Source: an uncultured bacterium | GTDB taxonomy: Bacteria > Oederibacteriota > JAAXVQ01 > JAUVAV01 | DNA: 64,000 nt | Assembly (NCBI GenBank): GCA_964630235.1 | Contig: CAZVUO010000001.1 | Location: 127,419 to 191,418 of the forward strand | Reading direction: 5' to 3' | Shown: piece after piece, positions 44,501-53,670 of the stretch | Layout: every line of letters starts with the position of its first letter | Numbering within the stretch: the stretch's first letter is position 1 | The notes under the pieces: model-generated | Told to the model about the DNA's origin: nothing | What the model saw: only the letters and a program-made list of their open reading frames with translations | The model's database searches: none | Program-made: the position numbers and the translations under genes

Positions 44501-45708
44501 ACGGGGATGGTTATAGTGATGTGGTCATAAGCGCACCGTTTTACGATAATACCCAGAGCAACGAAGGTCGCGTATATGTCTATCACGGAAATGCCAACGG
44601 CTTGATCGCAACTCCTTCGTTTGCAGTTGACAGTGGTCAGAATAATGCTCAATTTGGCTGCTCAGTGGCTAGCGCAGGAGATATAAACAACGATGGATAT
44701 TGCGACATCATTATCGGCGCTTATCAATTGAACAATGGCCGTGCATACATATTCTTCGGTAGTACTAGCGGTCTGAACATCACCGCGAATTACTTCATAG
44801 ATGGCGACCAATCCGGTTCACAGTTCGGATATTACGTGGCTGGCACTGGAGACGCCAATGGCGATGGATACAGCGATGTGATTATTGGTGCGCCTTATTA
44901 TGATAATGGCCAAACCGACGAAGGAAAAACATTTCTCTATTACGGAAACGAAGGTGTCGCGACACGTCAGTTGCCACGCCAGATACGGCCAAGTAATAAC
45001 ACAGCAATCGGGCCTTCCGGATTAGCGGCCGCCTCAATTGCAAACACCGAATTCCTTGTCCGTTTGTTTTCAAAGGGAAGCCAAGGTCGATCTCGTTCAA
45101 AATTACAGGTTCAAATTTCCTCGCCAAGCCAACCAATTTCAACCGGAATCATTTATTCACAATCTTCATATACAGATACGGGGGTGGCGGGACTAGATCT
45201 AAATTTCATTGTTGGTGGTCTAAATCCTCAAAAGGCATATAATTGGAGAGCCCGTTTACTATACGATCCAAGTCAGAATAATAACGGTCAGCTTCATAGC
45301 CCATGGTATAGATTGTCATGGGGAAGTTTGAATGGTAACGCAGATTTCCGCACCGGGCCAGCGGCCCCTGCAACACCAACTCCAACACCCATTCCAACTA
45401 TATTGCCACCAGAAGATTTTCAGGGTCAGTTAATCGACAGTAAACACTTCTTTGTTTATCCAAATCCTGCCCGTGGGACGAATGTAAAATTCAAGTTTTT
45501 CCTGAAACAGGCAGCAACTGTAAAAATAAAAATATTTACCCCTCAAGGAAAATTTGTATGGGAAAAAGTAAATGAATATCCGCTTGGTTGGAGTGAAATA
45601 ACTTGGAACGCATCAGGAATGGCTAACGGTGTATATTTTTATATTGGAGAAGCTAAAAATAGCTTATACCAAGATAAAATCACAAAAAAGCTTGGTCTTG
45701 TTAAATAG
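41519..45708 (+). CDS. giant (1408 aa) secreted FG-GAP/integrin-alpha-type beta-propeller repeat protein with C-terminal sorting-type domain (AT-rich gene)
   Basis: About 18 repeats of ...F.G.SV..AGDVNGDGFSDVIIGA...DNGE.DEGRAFVY.GS..GLS... C-terminus FFVYPNPARGTNVKFKFFL...KIKIFTPQGKFV...GVYFYIGEAKNSLYQDKITKKLGLVK. AGGAGG RBS before the ATG at 41519. Confidence 0.85.
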
Positions 45709-45815
45709 CCGTTTTTTTTTACCGATTTATCGTTAGCTGTTTTGTTATCTGCGAATTGTTCTTAACTGTTCTCGTTATTTTTCGAGTCGCATCTGTTAGG
45801 CGAATTGCTTTCCTA

Positions 45816-45845
45816 TTTACAAAAATGCTCTTCCAAGCCTATAAT
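45816..45845 (+). promoter_or_regulatory. sigma70-like promoter (TTTACA-N18-TATAAT) upstream of the DUF4870 gene
   Basis: tttacaaaaatgctcttccaagcctataat, 45 bp upstream of the ATG at 45892. Confidence 0.45.
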
Positions 45846-45891
45846 ATCGGCAATTTCAGCTGTATGGCTTCACCCCAGGAGGAAACACCCC

Positions 45892-46251
45892 ATGTCCGTG
45901 CATGCCCATCACGAGGGCCACAGCGACCTTGGCACGACCAAGTCCGGCCTGGACCCCACGGTCGCGGCCGCCCTGGCCTATCTGCTGGGATTTGTCAGCG
46001 GCATTCTCTTCTATATCATCGAGAAGCACAATCCGTTTGTCCGTTTCCACGGCCTGCAGTCCACCATCTTCTTCGGCGGCTTGTTCGTGATTGTGGCCGT
46101 GCTGCACCAGATCCCCATTCTGGGCTTTATCCTCAATTTCATCATCCTGTTGACTGCTTTCGTCATCTGGCTGTTCCTGATGGTCAAAGCCTCCCAGGGC
46201 ATCGCCTTCAAACTGCCCTTTATCGGCGACCTCGCGGAACGCAATCTGTGA
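45892..46251 (+). CDS. DUF4870-family small membrane protein
   Basis: MSVHAHHEGHSDLG... then ...YIIEKHNPFVRFHGLQS... with 3 TM helices. AGGAGG RBS. Confidence 0.65.
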   Translation: MSVHAHHEGHSDLGTTKSGLDPTVAAALAYLLGFVSGILFYIIEKHNPFVRFHGLQSTIFFGGLFVIVAVLHQIPILGFILNFIILLTAFVIWLFLMVKASQGIAFKLPFIGDLAERNL

Positions 46252-46393
46252 ACTTCCCTGCAGCGACTTATGGGCCGTCCTTTAGGACTTGCTGCAGGGA
46301 ATCCGGAGATCATACCCCGGAACCGTGCCGCTTTCATTCACGCAACCAGCTGTGGCATTCGGTGAAGGGGTATAGGCCTGGAGCTGTCCCCGC

Positions 46394-47143
46394 ATGCTGA
46401 ACGGCTTGCGCATTGCCGTGGTCCTGCCCGCCTACAACGCGGCCAAAACCCTGGACCAGACCTTCGCTGAAATCCCCCGCGACACCGTGGACGAGATCAT
46501 CCTGGTGGACGATCACAGCCGGGACAACACCGCAGACAAGGCCCGGCAGCTCGGCATCGAAACGCACCGGCACGAGGCCAACCTGGGATACGGCGGCAAC
46601 CAGAAAACCTGCTACCGGCTGGCCCTGCAGAAGCAGGCCGACATCGTGGTCATGCTCCACCCCGATTACCAGTATACGCCCAAGCTCCTGCGCGCCATGT
46701 GCGCCATGATCGCGGACGGCGCCTACGACGTGGTCCTGGGCTCGCGTATTTTAACCGGCGGTGCCCTGCACGGCGGCATGCCGCTGTACAAGTATCTCAG
46801 CAACCGCGTGCTCACCCTGGTGGAAAACTGGCTGCTTGGCGCCAAACTCTCTGAATACCACACCGGCTACCGGGCCTACCGCCGCGAAGTGCTGGAGAAG
46901 ACCCCCTTCGACAAATTTTCCAATGACTTCATTTTCGACAACCAGTTCCTGATCGCGGTCATCCAGCAGGGCTGGCGGCTGGGCGAGCTCTCCTGCCCGA
47001 CCCGCTATTTTCCCGAAGCCTCCTCGATCAACTTCGGCCGCAGTTTGCGTTACGGCATCCTCTGCCTGTGGTACGCCTTAACCGCCAGCTGGTCCCTGCT
47101 GCCCCGCCGCCTCCGCAAGCTGTTCGGCCCACGCGCGTCCTGA
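46394..47143 (+). CDS. family 2 glycosyltransferase (dolichyl-phosphate mannosyltransferase-like)
   Basis: IAVVLPAYNAAKTLDQTF...DEIILVDDHSRDNTADKARQLG... with DxD context; 249 aa. Confidence 0.8.
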   Translation: MLNGLRIAVVLPAYNAAKTLDQTFAEIPRDTVDEIILVDDHSRDNTADKARQLGIETHRHEANLGYGGNQKTCYRLALQKQADIVVMLHPDYQYTPKLLRAMCAMIADGAYDVVLGSRILTGGALHGGMPLYKYLSNRVLTLVENWLLGAKLSEYHTGYRAYRREVLEKTPFDKFSNDFIFDNQFLIAVIQQGWRLGELSCPTRYFPEASSINFGRSLRYGILCLWYALTASWSLLPRRLRKLFGPRAS

Positions 47144-47241
47144 CCATCCCCACCGCCGTTTTTTCGTTTCCTACTCCCCGTTCTTGACCGTGGGTGGTAT
47201 AATGATAGGGAAGTGATCCTGACAAGGAGCGGTGGCCTCAA

Positions 47242-47439
47242 ATGGCGGAAGAATGCGAACTGCTGCCCAAGTGTGGTTTTTTCAAGAAATATATGGAAAC
47301 CAAGGAACTGGCCTGCCAGGGTTTCGTCGCCCAGTACTGCCGCGGCCCCAAGATGAACGAATGCAAGCGCAAGGAGTACCGTCAGAAGCACAACGCGCCG
47401 CCGCCTGACAACATGCTGCCCAGCGGCGCGATGTATTGA
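47242..47439 (+). CDS. small (65 aa) Cys-rich hypothetical protein
   Basis: MAEECELLPKCGFFKKYMETKELACQGFVAQYCRGPKMNECKRKEYRQKHNAPPPDNMLPSGAMY, five Cys. AAGGAG upstream; a strong terminator follows. Confidence 0.45.
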   Translation: MAEECELLPKCGFFKKYMETKELACQGFVAQYCRGPKMNECKRKEYRQKHNAPPPDNMLPSGAMY

Positions 47440-47459
47440 TCGCTTCGGAAGCGGATAAA

Positions 47460-47512
47460 ATAGAACGGGCGGTCGGGCCACAGCAGGCCTGACCGCCCGT
47501 TCTATTTTTAAT
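47460..47512 (+). terminator. rho-independent terminator (15-bp stem then T-run)
   Basis: atagaacgggcggtc...gaccgcccgttctat followed by tttttaattt. Confidence 0.7.
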
Positions 47513-47552
47513 TTCCTGTTCTCCTGCTCAACTGCTCAAATGCTCTGAAAAA

Positions 47553-47586
47553 ATCCTCCGGCGCCTAAGCGCCGGACGATTTTTTC
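47553..47586. terminator. bidirectional terminator hairpin tccggcgc-ctaa-gcgccgga flanked by A-run and T-run; the ruvX stop codon lies in the loop
   Basis: aaaaaatcc upstream and cgattttttcc downstream. The ruvX TAG is the complement of 47565-47567, inside the loop. Confidence 0.6.
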
Positions 47587-47996
47587 CTGTCCAGCCAGGT
47601 CTGCAGGATGAGCGCCGCGGCCAGTTTGTCCACCACGGCGCGCTTTTTAGCGCCGGACATCTCGGTCTCCGAAAGCACGCGCTGGGCCGCGGCGGTCGTC
47701 AGCCGTTCGTCCGCGTATTCCAGGGCGATTCCCGTTTCCTGCGACAGGCGTTCGCCAAAAACCCGGGCTTCCTCGGCGGCCGGACCCTCTTCCCCGCTCA
47801 GGCGCCGGGGCAATCCCACCACGATCCGTATAACGCCGTGCCGCCGCGCCAGTTCCGCGATCTCGGTGAAAATGGTTTTTTCCCGGTTGGGGAGCACGAC
47901 CAGCGGCTGGGCGGTCAATCCCAGGGGGTCGGACAGGGCGAGGCCGATGCGGCGCGACCCGTAGTCCACGCCCAGGACGCGGCCGGAAGCAGCCAT
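47565..47996 (-). CDS. ruvX: Holliday junction resolvase-like protein RuvX/YqgF
   Basis: MAASGRVLGVDYGSRRIGLALSDPLGLTAQPL... RNase H-like YqgF family, 143 aa. Confidence 0.88.
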   Translation of the reverse strand: MAASGRVLGVDYGSRRIGLALSDPLGLTAQPLVVLPNREKTIFTEIAELARRHGVIRIVVGLPRRLSGEEGPAAEEARVFGERLSQETGIALEYADERLTTAAAQRVLSETEMSGAKKRAVVDKLAAALILQTWLDRKKSSGA

Positions 47997-49669
47997 CACA
48001 TCCTGCCCGAGCGCAGGATGGCTAAGATCAAGAGCAGACCGAACACGCCGGCCAGCACGAACCCCGCGAGTCCCAGCACCGAGAACCCGCCCCACTGGGG
48101 GCCGATCTGGGATGCAAGGATCCAGGCCGAACCCATGATCAGGGCCGCGACGACCAGGGCCACGGAGAGCCGGTTGCCCGTGCGATCCAGGTCGTACCGC
48201 AGGTCCTCCAACCCTCTGTGCTCGAACTCCATCTTAAAACGGCCGCGCTGGAGCTTGTCCAGCAGATCCTGCAGACGGGCTGGCAGACTGCTCATGAAGC
48301 GGCGCAGGTCCTGCATCTGTCTCACGGCCCGCTCGGCCAGCTGGCGGGGCTCGTAACGGCGCCGCATAATGGCCGTGGCCATGGGTTGGGCGGCCTCAAC
48401 CAGGTTGAGCTTGGGGTTGAGCCTGCGCGCCATGCCTTCGGCGCCCAGGAACGTCTTGACCAGGACCACGAAGTCAGCGGGCAGCTGGATGCGGTGCTTG
48501 AGCGAGAGTTCCACCACCTCCTGCAGGGAACTGCCCACGGAGATCCGGGCGACCGGCAGATCGTAATATTGTTCCATGAACAGCGCGGCATCGCGGGCCA
48601 GACTCCGTCGGTCCAAGCCTTCCTCCGCGGTGCCCAGACGCAGATAGGCGTCCACCAGGGCCTCGGTGTCCTGGTTGGCCAGGGCGAGGAGCATATCCGT
48701 GAACGCGGCCACGGTCTCGCTGTCCAGGCGCCCGACCTGTCCGGCGTCAATGAACGCCAGCTTGCCGGCCGGGGTCAGCAGGAAATTCCCCGCGTGCGGG
48801 TCCGCGTGGAAAAAACGGTCCTCCAGGGCCATGTAGATATAGGCGTCAATCAGGTTCTGGGCGAGCTGCTTCCGCCTGTCCGCCGAAAGTCCGGGCAGCG
48901 CCTGGCCGAGCTTGCGGCCGGGAATGAACTCGAGGGTCAAACAGCGCGGCGTGGACAGGTTCCAGTAGACCTTGGCGAACTGATATCCCGGCCGGTCCTT
49001 GAAGTTCCGCGCCAGGCGCTCCAGGTTGCGGCCCTCGCGCAGGAAATCCAGCTCGGCCTGGATCAACTGCTCGAATTCGTCCACGAATTCCACGGGGCGC
49101 CGGGGCAGGGTTTCGGGCTGGATCTTTTCCCAGGCCCGGGCGAGGAAGCGGATGATTTGCAGGTCGGATTCCACGCGGCGCCGCAGGTCCGGCCGCTGAA
49201 GCTTGACCACGACCTGGCGCCCGTCCCGGGTCACGGCCCGGTGCACCTGGGCGATCGAAGCCGCGGCCAGAGGTTTGGCTTGAAAGGATTTGAACAGGCG
49301 GGCCACTGGAGCGCCCAGTTCCCCGCGGATCAGCGCCTGGGGCGTGGGCTGGGTGAACGGCGCCACCCGGTCCTGCAATTTGGACAGCTCCTGCACGTAG
49401 GCCGGCGGCAGCAGGTCCGGCCGCATGGACAGCACTTGCCCCAGCTTGATGAAGGTCGGCCCCAGTTCCTCCAGGGTCTGGCGCAGGCGGGCGGGAACGC
49501 CGGCCTTGGGCTTGGGCGGACGCGTGACCCTGGCCTTGGCCGGCAAATACGCTCCCAGCTGCAGCTGCGAAACCAGGAAACCGAACCCGTGCTTCGTGAG
49601 AATGGCGGCGATCTCGCGCAGGCGGTTGAGATCCTGGATCGCGTTGCCCAGGCCGGGAAGGGGAGGCAC
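47996..49669 (-). CDS. ABC1/UbiB-family atypical protein kinase
   Basis: ...FKSFQAKPLAAASIAQVHRA... FIDAGQVGRL... kinase-like motifs and a C-terminal TM helix; 557 aa. Confidence 0.8.
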   Translation of the reverse strand: MPPLPGLGNAIQDLNRLREIAAILTKHGFGFLVSQLQLGAYLPAKARVTRPPKPKAGVPARLRQTLEELGPTFIKLGQVLSMRPDLLPPAYVQELSKLQDRVAPFTQPTPQALIRGELGAPVARLFKSFQAKPLAAASIAQVHRAVTRDGRQVVVKLQRPDLRRRVESDLQIIRFLARAWEKIQPETLPRRPVEFVDEFEQLIQAELDFLREGRNLERLARNFKDRPGYQFAKVYWNLSTPRCLTLEFIPGRKLGQALPGLSADRRKQLAQNLIDAYIYMALEDRFFHADPHAGNFLLTPAGKLAFIDAGQVGRLDSETVAAFTDMLLALANQDTEALVDAYLRLGTAEEGLDRRSLARDAALFMEQYYDLPVARISVGSSLQEVVELSLKHRIQLPADFVVLVKTFLGAEGMARRLNPKLNLVEAAQPMATAIMRRRYEPRQLAERAVRQMQDLRRFMSSLPARLQDLLDKLQRGRFKMEFEHRGLEDLRYDLDRTGNRLSVALVVAALIMGSAWILASQIGPQWGGFSVLGLAGFVLAGVFGLLLILAILRSGRM

Positions 49670-49686
49670 GGAAGCGTCCTGCCTGG

Positions 49687-50020
49687 TCAGCGTTTCTTCT
49701 TTTTAGACTTGGACTGCGCTGCGGTCTTGGCCGCCAGTTGGCGTTCCAGCTGCTGAATCCGCTGCTCCATTTTTTTGAGCTGGGCTTGCGTGGCCAGGTT
49801 CATCTTTTGATAGGCGGCCGAAACCTGGACGCCCACGGTTTTTTGCACATCCTTGCGCGCGGCGTCCGCTTTGCGCATGACATCGGCCAGGACTTTTTTG
49901 CCTTCCTGCTCGCGGATCTGTCCCTGCTCCACCAATTCCTTGACCACGCGCTGGGCCCGCTCTTTGGTCAGGCTCAGGGCGCCTACCCCGGCGAGAAACG
50001 CTTTTTTGATGATATCCTGC
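49687..50020 (-). CDS. phasin-like coiled-coil protein
   Basis: MQDIIKKAFLAGVGALSLTKERAQRVVKELVEQGQIREQEGKK...KKKKR, 111 aa. GGAGG RBS before the ATG at 50020. Confidence 0.5.
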
Positions 50021-50224
50021 ATGGATGCCTCCTGAAAGGGTGGAATAACCTGCCGGCTCGCTGAGCCGTTATGCGCGCTTCCCGCTTTGCGGGAAGCAGA
50101 GCTTTTGATCAGGCGAACAGTTGAACGGCAGATGACCGCGTGGAGACCAATTCCCACCTGCACAAATGCGGCCGCGGTCCCCCAGAGGGGTTATTCCGGC
50201 CGGGGCGGTCTGCTGTTCACTTGC

Positions 50225-52867
50225 TCAGCTGTTCATTTTTGGATTGAACTTCCTAAATACTTCATTAATATACCGTTCTTCCAAAACGTTGGCCAATTTC
50301 GAGGGATCTTTCAATCCGCCTTGGCCGAAATCAGGACGCCCCCCCGCCGACCCTCCAAAAGGAGAGACCAGAGCCTTAAGGAATTCACCATTGTTGAATC
50401 CGCCATTGACCACAGAGGCGGTGGCCGTGGCGGCAATAAAGGTCTTATCGTTGAAGATACTGCCTAACACGATGAAGCCGTCATCCATTTTCCCCTTCAA
50501 CGCGTCAGCCGCCGTGCGCAACGCATTGGCGTCGAGGCCGGGCAACTCCGCGGCGACGTAATAATAATCTCCGATTTTCTTCCTTTGTTTCAATAATTCA
50601 TCAACATTCTTGCCGGCCTGCTTGGCCTGCAGCTTTTCCCGCTCCTTCTCCAGTTCGCGCACGCGGGCCGCGAGCTTCTCCACCCGGGCAGGCAGTTCGG
50701 CGACCTGCACGCGGAGGGTGTCCGCCGCATCGCGCAGCAGGCGCTGTTCCCGTTTGGTTTCGCGGTAGGCCGCCTCGCCGGTCACGGCCTCGATGCGGCG
50801 CACGCCGGCCGCCACGCTGGCTTCGGCCAGGATGCGCAGCTGCCCGATCTCTCCGGTGGCGCGGACGTGCGTGCCGCCGCAAAGTTCGCAGGAAATCTGG
50901 TCCACGCTCACCATCCGCACCCAGTCGCCATACTTCTCTCCGAACAAAGCCATGGCGCCCCGCGCCTTGGCTTCCTCGATGGACAGCTCCTCCACCGACA
51001 CCGGCGCGTTCTCCCGGATATGCGCGTTGATGATATCCTCGATCCGGTCCAGCTCGCGGGGGCTAACCGCCTGGAAATGCGAAAAATCGAAGCGGAATCC
51101 ATCCGGCCGCACTTCCGATCCCGCCTGCTCCACGTGTTTCCCCAACACCTGCCGCAGGGCGGCGTGGAGCAGGTGCGTGGCCGTGTGGTTCCGGGCCGTG
51201 GCCGCGCGTTCGGGGTTCCGCACGCTCGCGGTCAAGGCGCGCCGTGTCTCCAGCACGCCGTGCATGACGCGCCCCGCGTGCAAATACGCCCCCGCCGGGC
51301 TTTTTTGGACATCGGTGATCTCGACGGTCAGGTTCCCGGCGGTCAGTTCGCCCTGGTCCGCCACTTGCCCGCCGGACGCGGCGTAAAAAGGCGTGGTGTC
51401 CAGGATCACCGTCACTTCGCTGCCGGCCGGCGCGGACTCGCAGCGCGCCTCGCCGCAGAGAATGGCCAAGACCGTCGCGTCCGCCTTAAGCTGCTGATAG
51501 CCCACGAAGCGGGTCGGTCCGGTTTGGGCTTCGAGCTGCTGGATGACGGGCGAAAACGCGCGTTCGCCGCTGCCCACCCAGGCGGAACGCGCCCGGTCAC
51601 GCTGCTCCTCCATGGCCTGCTGGAACCCCGCCTCGTCCAGGCCGAGCTTGTGTTCCTGGGCGATCTCGCGGGTCAGGTCCAGAGGGAATCCGTAGGTGTC
51701 GTAAAGCTGGAAGATCCGCTTGCCGGGAATAACGGTCTTCTTCTGGGCCTTCACCTCGGCGATGATGTCGTTGAGAATGGCCAGACCGGAATCGAGTGTA
51801 TGCTGGAACCGCTCCTCTTCGCTGCGCACCACGGCCTCGGCGTGCGCGGCGCGCTCCACCAGCTCCGGATAGGCGCCGCCCATCAACTGGGCCACGCCGG
51901 GCACCAGCCGGTGGAGAAACCGCTCGTTGAGACCCAAGAGCTTGCCGTGGCGCACGGCCCGGCGCACGATGCGCCGCAGCACGTAACCGCGGCCTTCGTT
52001 CCCAGGCAGCACGCCGTCCGAGATCAAAAAGGCCGCGCAGCGCACGTGATCGGCGATCACCCGCAGGGAACTGTCCGTCTTGGGGTCCTTGCCGTAGCGG
52101 GACATGGTCTCCCGGGCGATGGCCTGGATGAGCGGCTGGAACAGGTCCGTGTCGAAATTGGAGGGTACGCCCTGGTGCACGGCGGCCAGCCGTTCCAGCC
52201 CCATGCCGGTGTCAATATTCTTCTGGGGCAGGGGGGTGAGGGTCCCGTCCGCCTGCCGGTCGTACTGCGTGAATACCAGGTTCCAAACCTCCAGGTAGCG
52301 GTCTTCGTCCTGGTCCGGCCCGGCTTCCGGCTTGCCGGGCTTGGGGCCGATATCGTAGAGGATCTCGCTGCACGGGCCGCAGGGGCCGGTCTCTCCCATG
52401 GTCCAGAAGTTGGTCTTCTCGCCCATGCGCACGATGCGTTTTTCCGGCACGCCCACCTGGTTTTTCCAGATACCGAAGGCCTCGTCATCCTCGCGGTGCA
52501 CGGTGATCCACAGTTTTTCCTTCTCCAGGCCGATGGCGTTCACCAGGAAATCCCAGGACCATTGGATGGCTTCGGATTTGAAGTAATCGCCGAAGGAGAA
52601 GTTTCCCAGCATTTCGAAGAAGGTATGGTGGCGCGGGGTAAAGCCCACGTTTTCGATGTCATTGGTCCGCACGCATTTCTGGGAGGTCGCGGCGCGGGTA
52701 TAGGGCTTGGGCACAGTGCCGAGAAAGTAGGGTTTGAACTGCACCATCCCGGCCACGGTGAACAGGACGGTCGGGTCAGCCGGAACCAGGCTCGCGCTGG
52801 GCCGGATGGTGTGCCCCTGGGCCTTGAAGTAGTCCAGATACTTTTGACGGATCTCATTGCTGGTCAT
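50225..52867 (-). CDS. alaS: alanyl-tRNA synthetase
   Basis: MTSNEIRQKYLDYFKAQGHTIRPSASLVPADPTVLFTVAGMVQFKPYFLG...; 880 aa with editing and C-Ala domains. Confidence 0.96.
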   Translation of the reverse strand: MTSNEIRQKYLDYFKAQGHTIRPSASLVPADPTVLFTVAGMVQFKPYFLGTVPKPYTRAATSQKCVRTNDIENVGFTPRHHTFFEMLGNFSFGDYFKSEAIQWSWDFLVNAIGLEKEKLWITVHREDDEAFGIWKNQVGVPEKRIVRMGEKTNFWTMGETGPCGPCSEILYDIGPKPGKPEAGPDQDEDRYLEVWNLVFTQYDRQADGTLTPLPQKNIDTGMGLERLAAVHQGVPSNFDTDLFQPLIQAIARETMSRYGKDPKTDSSLRVIADHVRCAAFLISDGVLPGNEGRGYVLRRIVRRAVRHGKLLGLNERFLHRLVPGVAQLMGGAYPELVERAAHAEAVVRSEEERFQHTLDSGLAILNDIIAEVKAQKKTVIPGKRIFQLYDTYGFPLDLTREIAQEHKLGLDEAGFQQAMEEQRDRARSAWVGSGERAFSPVIQQLEAQTGPTRFVGYQQLKADATVLAILCGEARCESAPAGSEVTVILDTTPFYAASGGQVADQGELTAGNLTVEITDVQKSPAGAYLHAGRVMHGVLETRRALTASVRNPERAATARNHTATHLLHAALRQVLGKHVEQAGSEVRPDGFRFDFSHFQAVSPRELDRIEDIINAHIRENAPVSVEELSIEEAKARGAMALFGEKYGDWVRMVSVDQISCELCGGTHVRATGEIGQLRILAEASVAAGVRRIEAVTGEAAYRETKREQRLLRDAADTLRVQVAELPARVEKLAARVRELEKEREKLQAKQAGKNVDELLKQRKKIGDYYYVAAELPGLDANALRTAADALKGKMDDGFIVLGSIFNDKTFIAATATASVVNGGFNNGEFLKALVSPFGGSAGGRPDFGQGGLKDPSKLANVLEERYINEVFRKFNPKMNS

Positions 52868-53538
52868 GCGTTCTCCCTTTCGTCCCTTTCCTCGGGCAGG
52901 ACTTGGTCCACCGCCCGGTAAATATCTTCCAGGCCGAACCCGCGCCGGGCCAGGAATCCCATCAGGCGCCTGCGGCCGGTCTCGGCCGGCAGACGGCGAT
53001 AGGTAGCGGCTTTGCGCCGGGCCAGCGCCAGGCAGGCTTGGGCCTCATCCCTGACCCTTCCAGGGACTTCGTCGCCTTCGCCGGCCGTTTTCAGGATGGA
53101 TTCCACGGTATCCCGGTCCACCCCGCGTTTGATGAGTTCACTGCGCACGCGGCGTTTGCCCACGCCGCCGCCGCGCAAACGGTCCTGCGCCAGGGATTTC
53201 GCCAGAGCCGCGTCGTTCAGCAGCCCGGTCTGTTCCAGCCGGTCCAGCACCCGTCCCGCGATTTCCGGGGAAACGTCCAGCCGCCGCAGGCGGTCGTCGA
53301 GCTCGCGGCGCGTGCGGCTGCGTGCCTCCAGCCACCGCAGACACTTCTCCCGTGCCCGAATTTCTTCTTCGCGTTCCAGGATTTTCGACAAGTCTCCCGG
53401 CTCCACCGGGTCGCCCGCCTTGAGACGGAGCTGAGCCGCCACTTCCCGGTCAACCCCAGCGAAAAATTCCCCATCCACGAATACCGCCAGCCGCTGGCGG
53501 CGCTTCTGCTGGGGTTTAAGGGCGGTAATGACCGGCAT
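52864..53538 (-). CDS. recX: RecA regulator RecX
   Basis: Three-helix-bundle repeats typical of RecX; 224 aa; positioned directly downstream of alaS (overlapping ATGA). Confidence 0.75.
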   Translation of the reverse strand: MPVITALKPQQKRRQRLAVFVDGEFFAGVDREVAAQLRLKAGDPVEPGDLSKILEREEEIRAREKCLRWLEARSRTRRELDDRLRRLDVSPEIAGRVLDRLEQTGLLNDAALAKSLAQDRLRGGGVGKRRVRSELIKRGVDRDTVESILKTAGEGDEVPGRVRDEAQACLALARRKAATYRRLPAETGRRRLMGFLARRGFGLEDIYRAVDQVLPEERDERENA

Positions 53539-53623
53539 GTCAAAGCCCCCTTATTTTAATGATTTTCCCCTTGAAGATAAAGGCAAATTGCGTCCGGCCC
53601 GCGCGTGAAACCTGGTTAAAGTC

Positions 53624-53659
53624 AGCGGCCCGGGTGCGGTGGGATCCGCACCCGGGCCG
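53624..53659. terminator. perfect 15-bp stem hairpin gcggcccgggtgcgg-tgggatc-ccgcacccgggccgc just 3' of rnpB
   Basis: Perfect inverted repeat between the recX start and the rnpB 3' end; no strong T-run follows. Confidence 0.45.
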
Positions 53660-53670
53660 CCGTACATTCA

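Noticed and set aside
48218-49756. 512-aa plus-strand ORF
   Set aside because: Antisense to the ABC1/UbiB kinase gene. An artefact of high GC.
50867-52921. 684-aa plus-strand ORF
   Set aside because: Antisense to alaS. An artefact of high GC.
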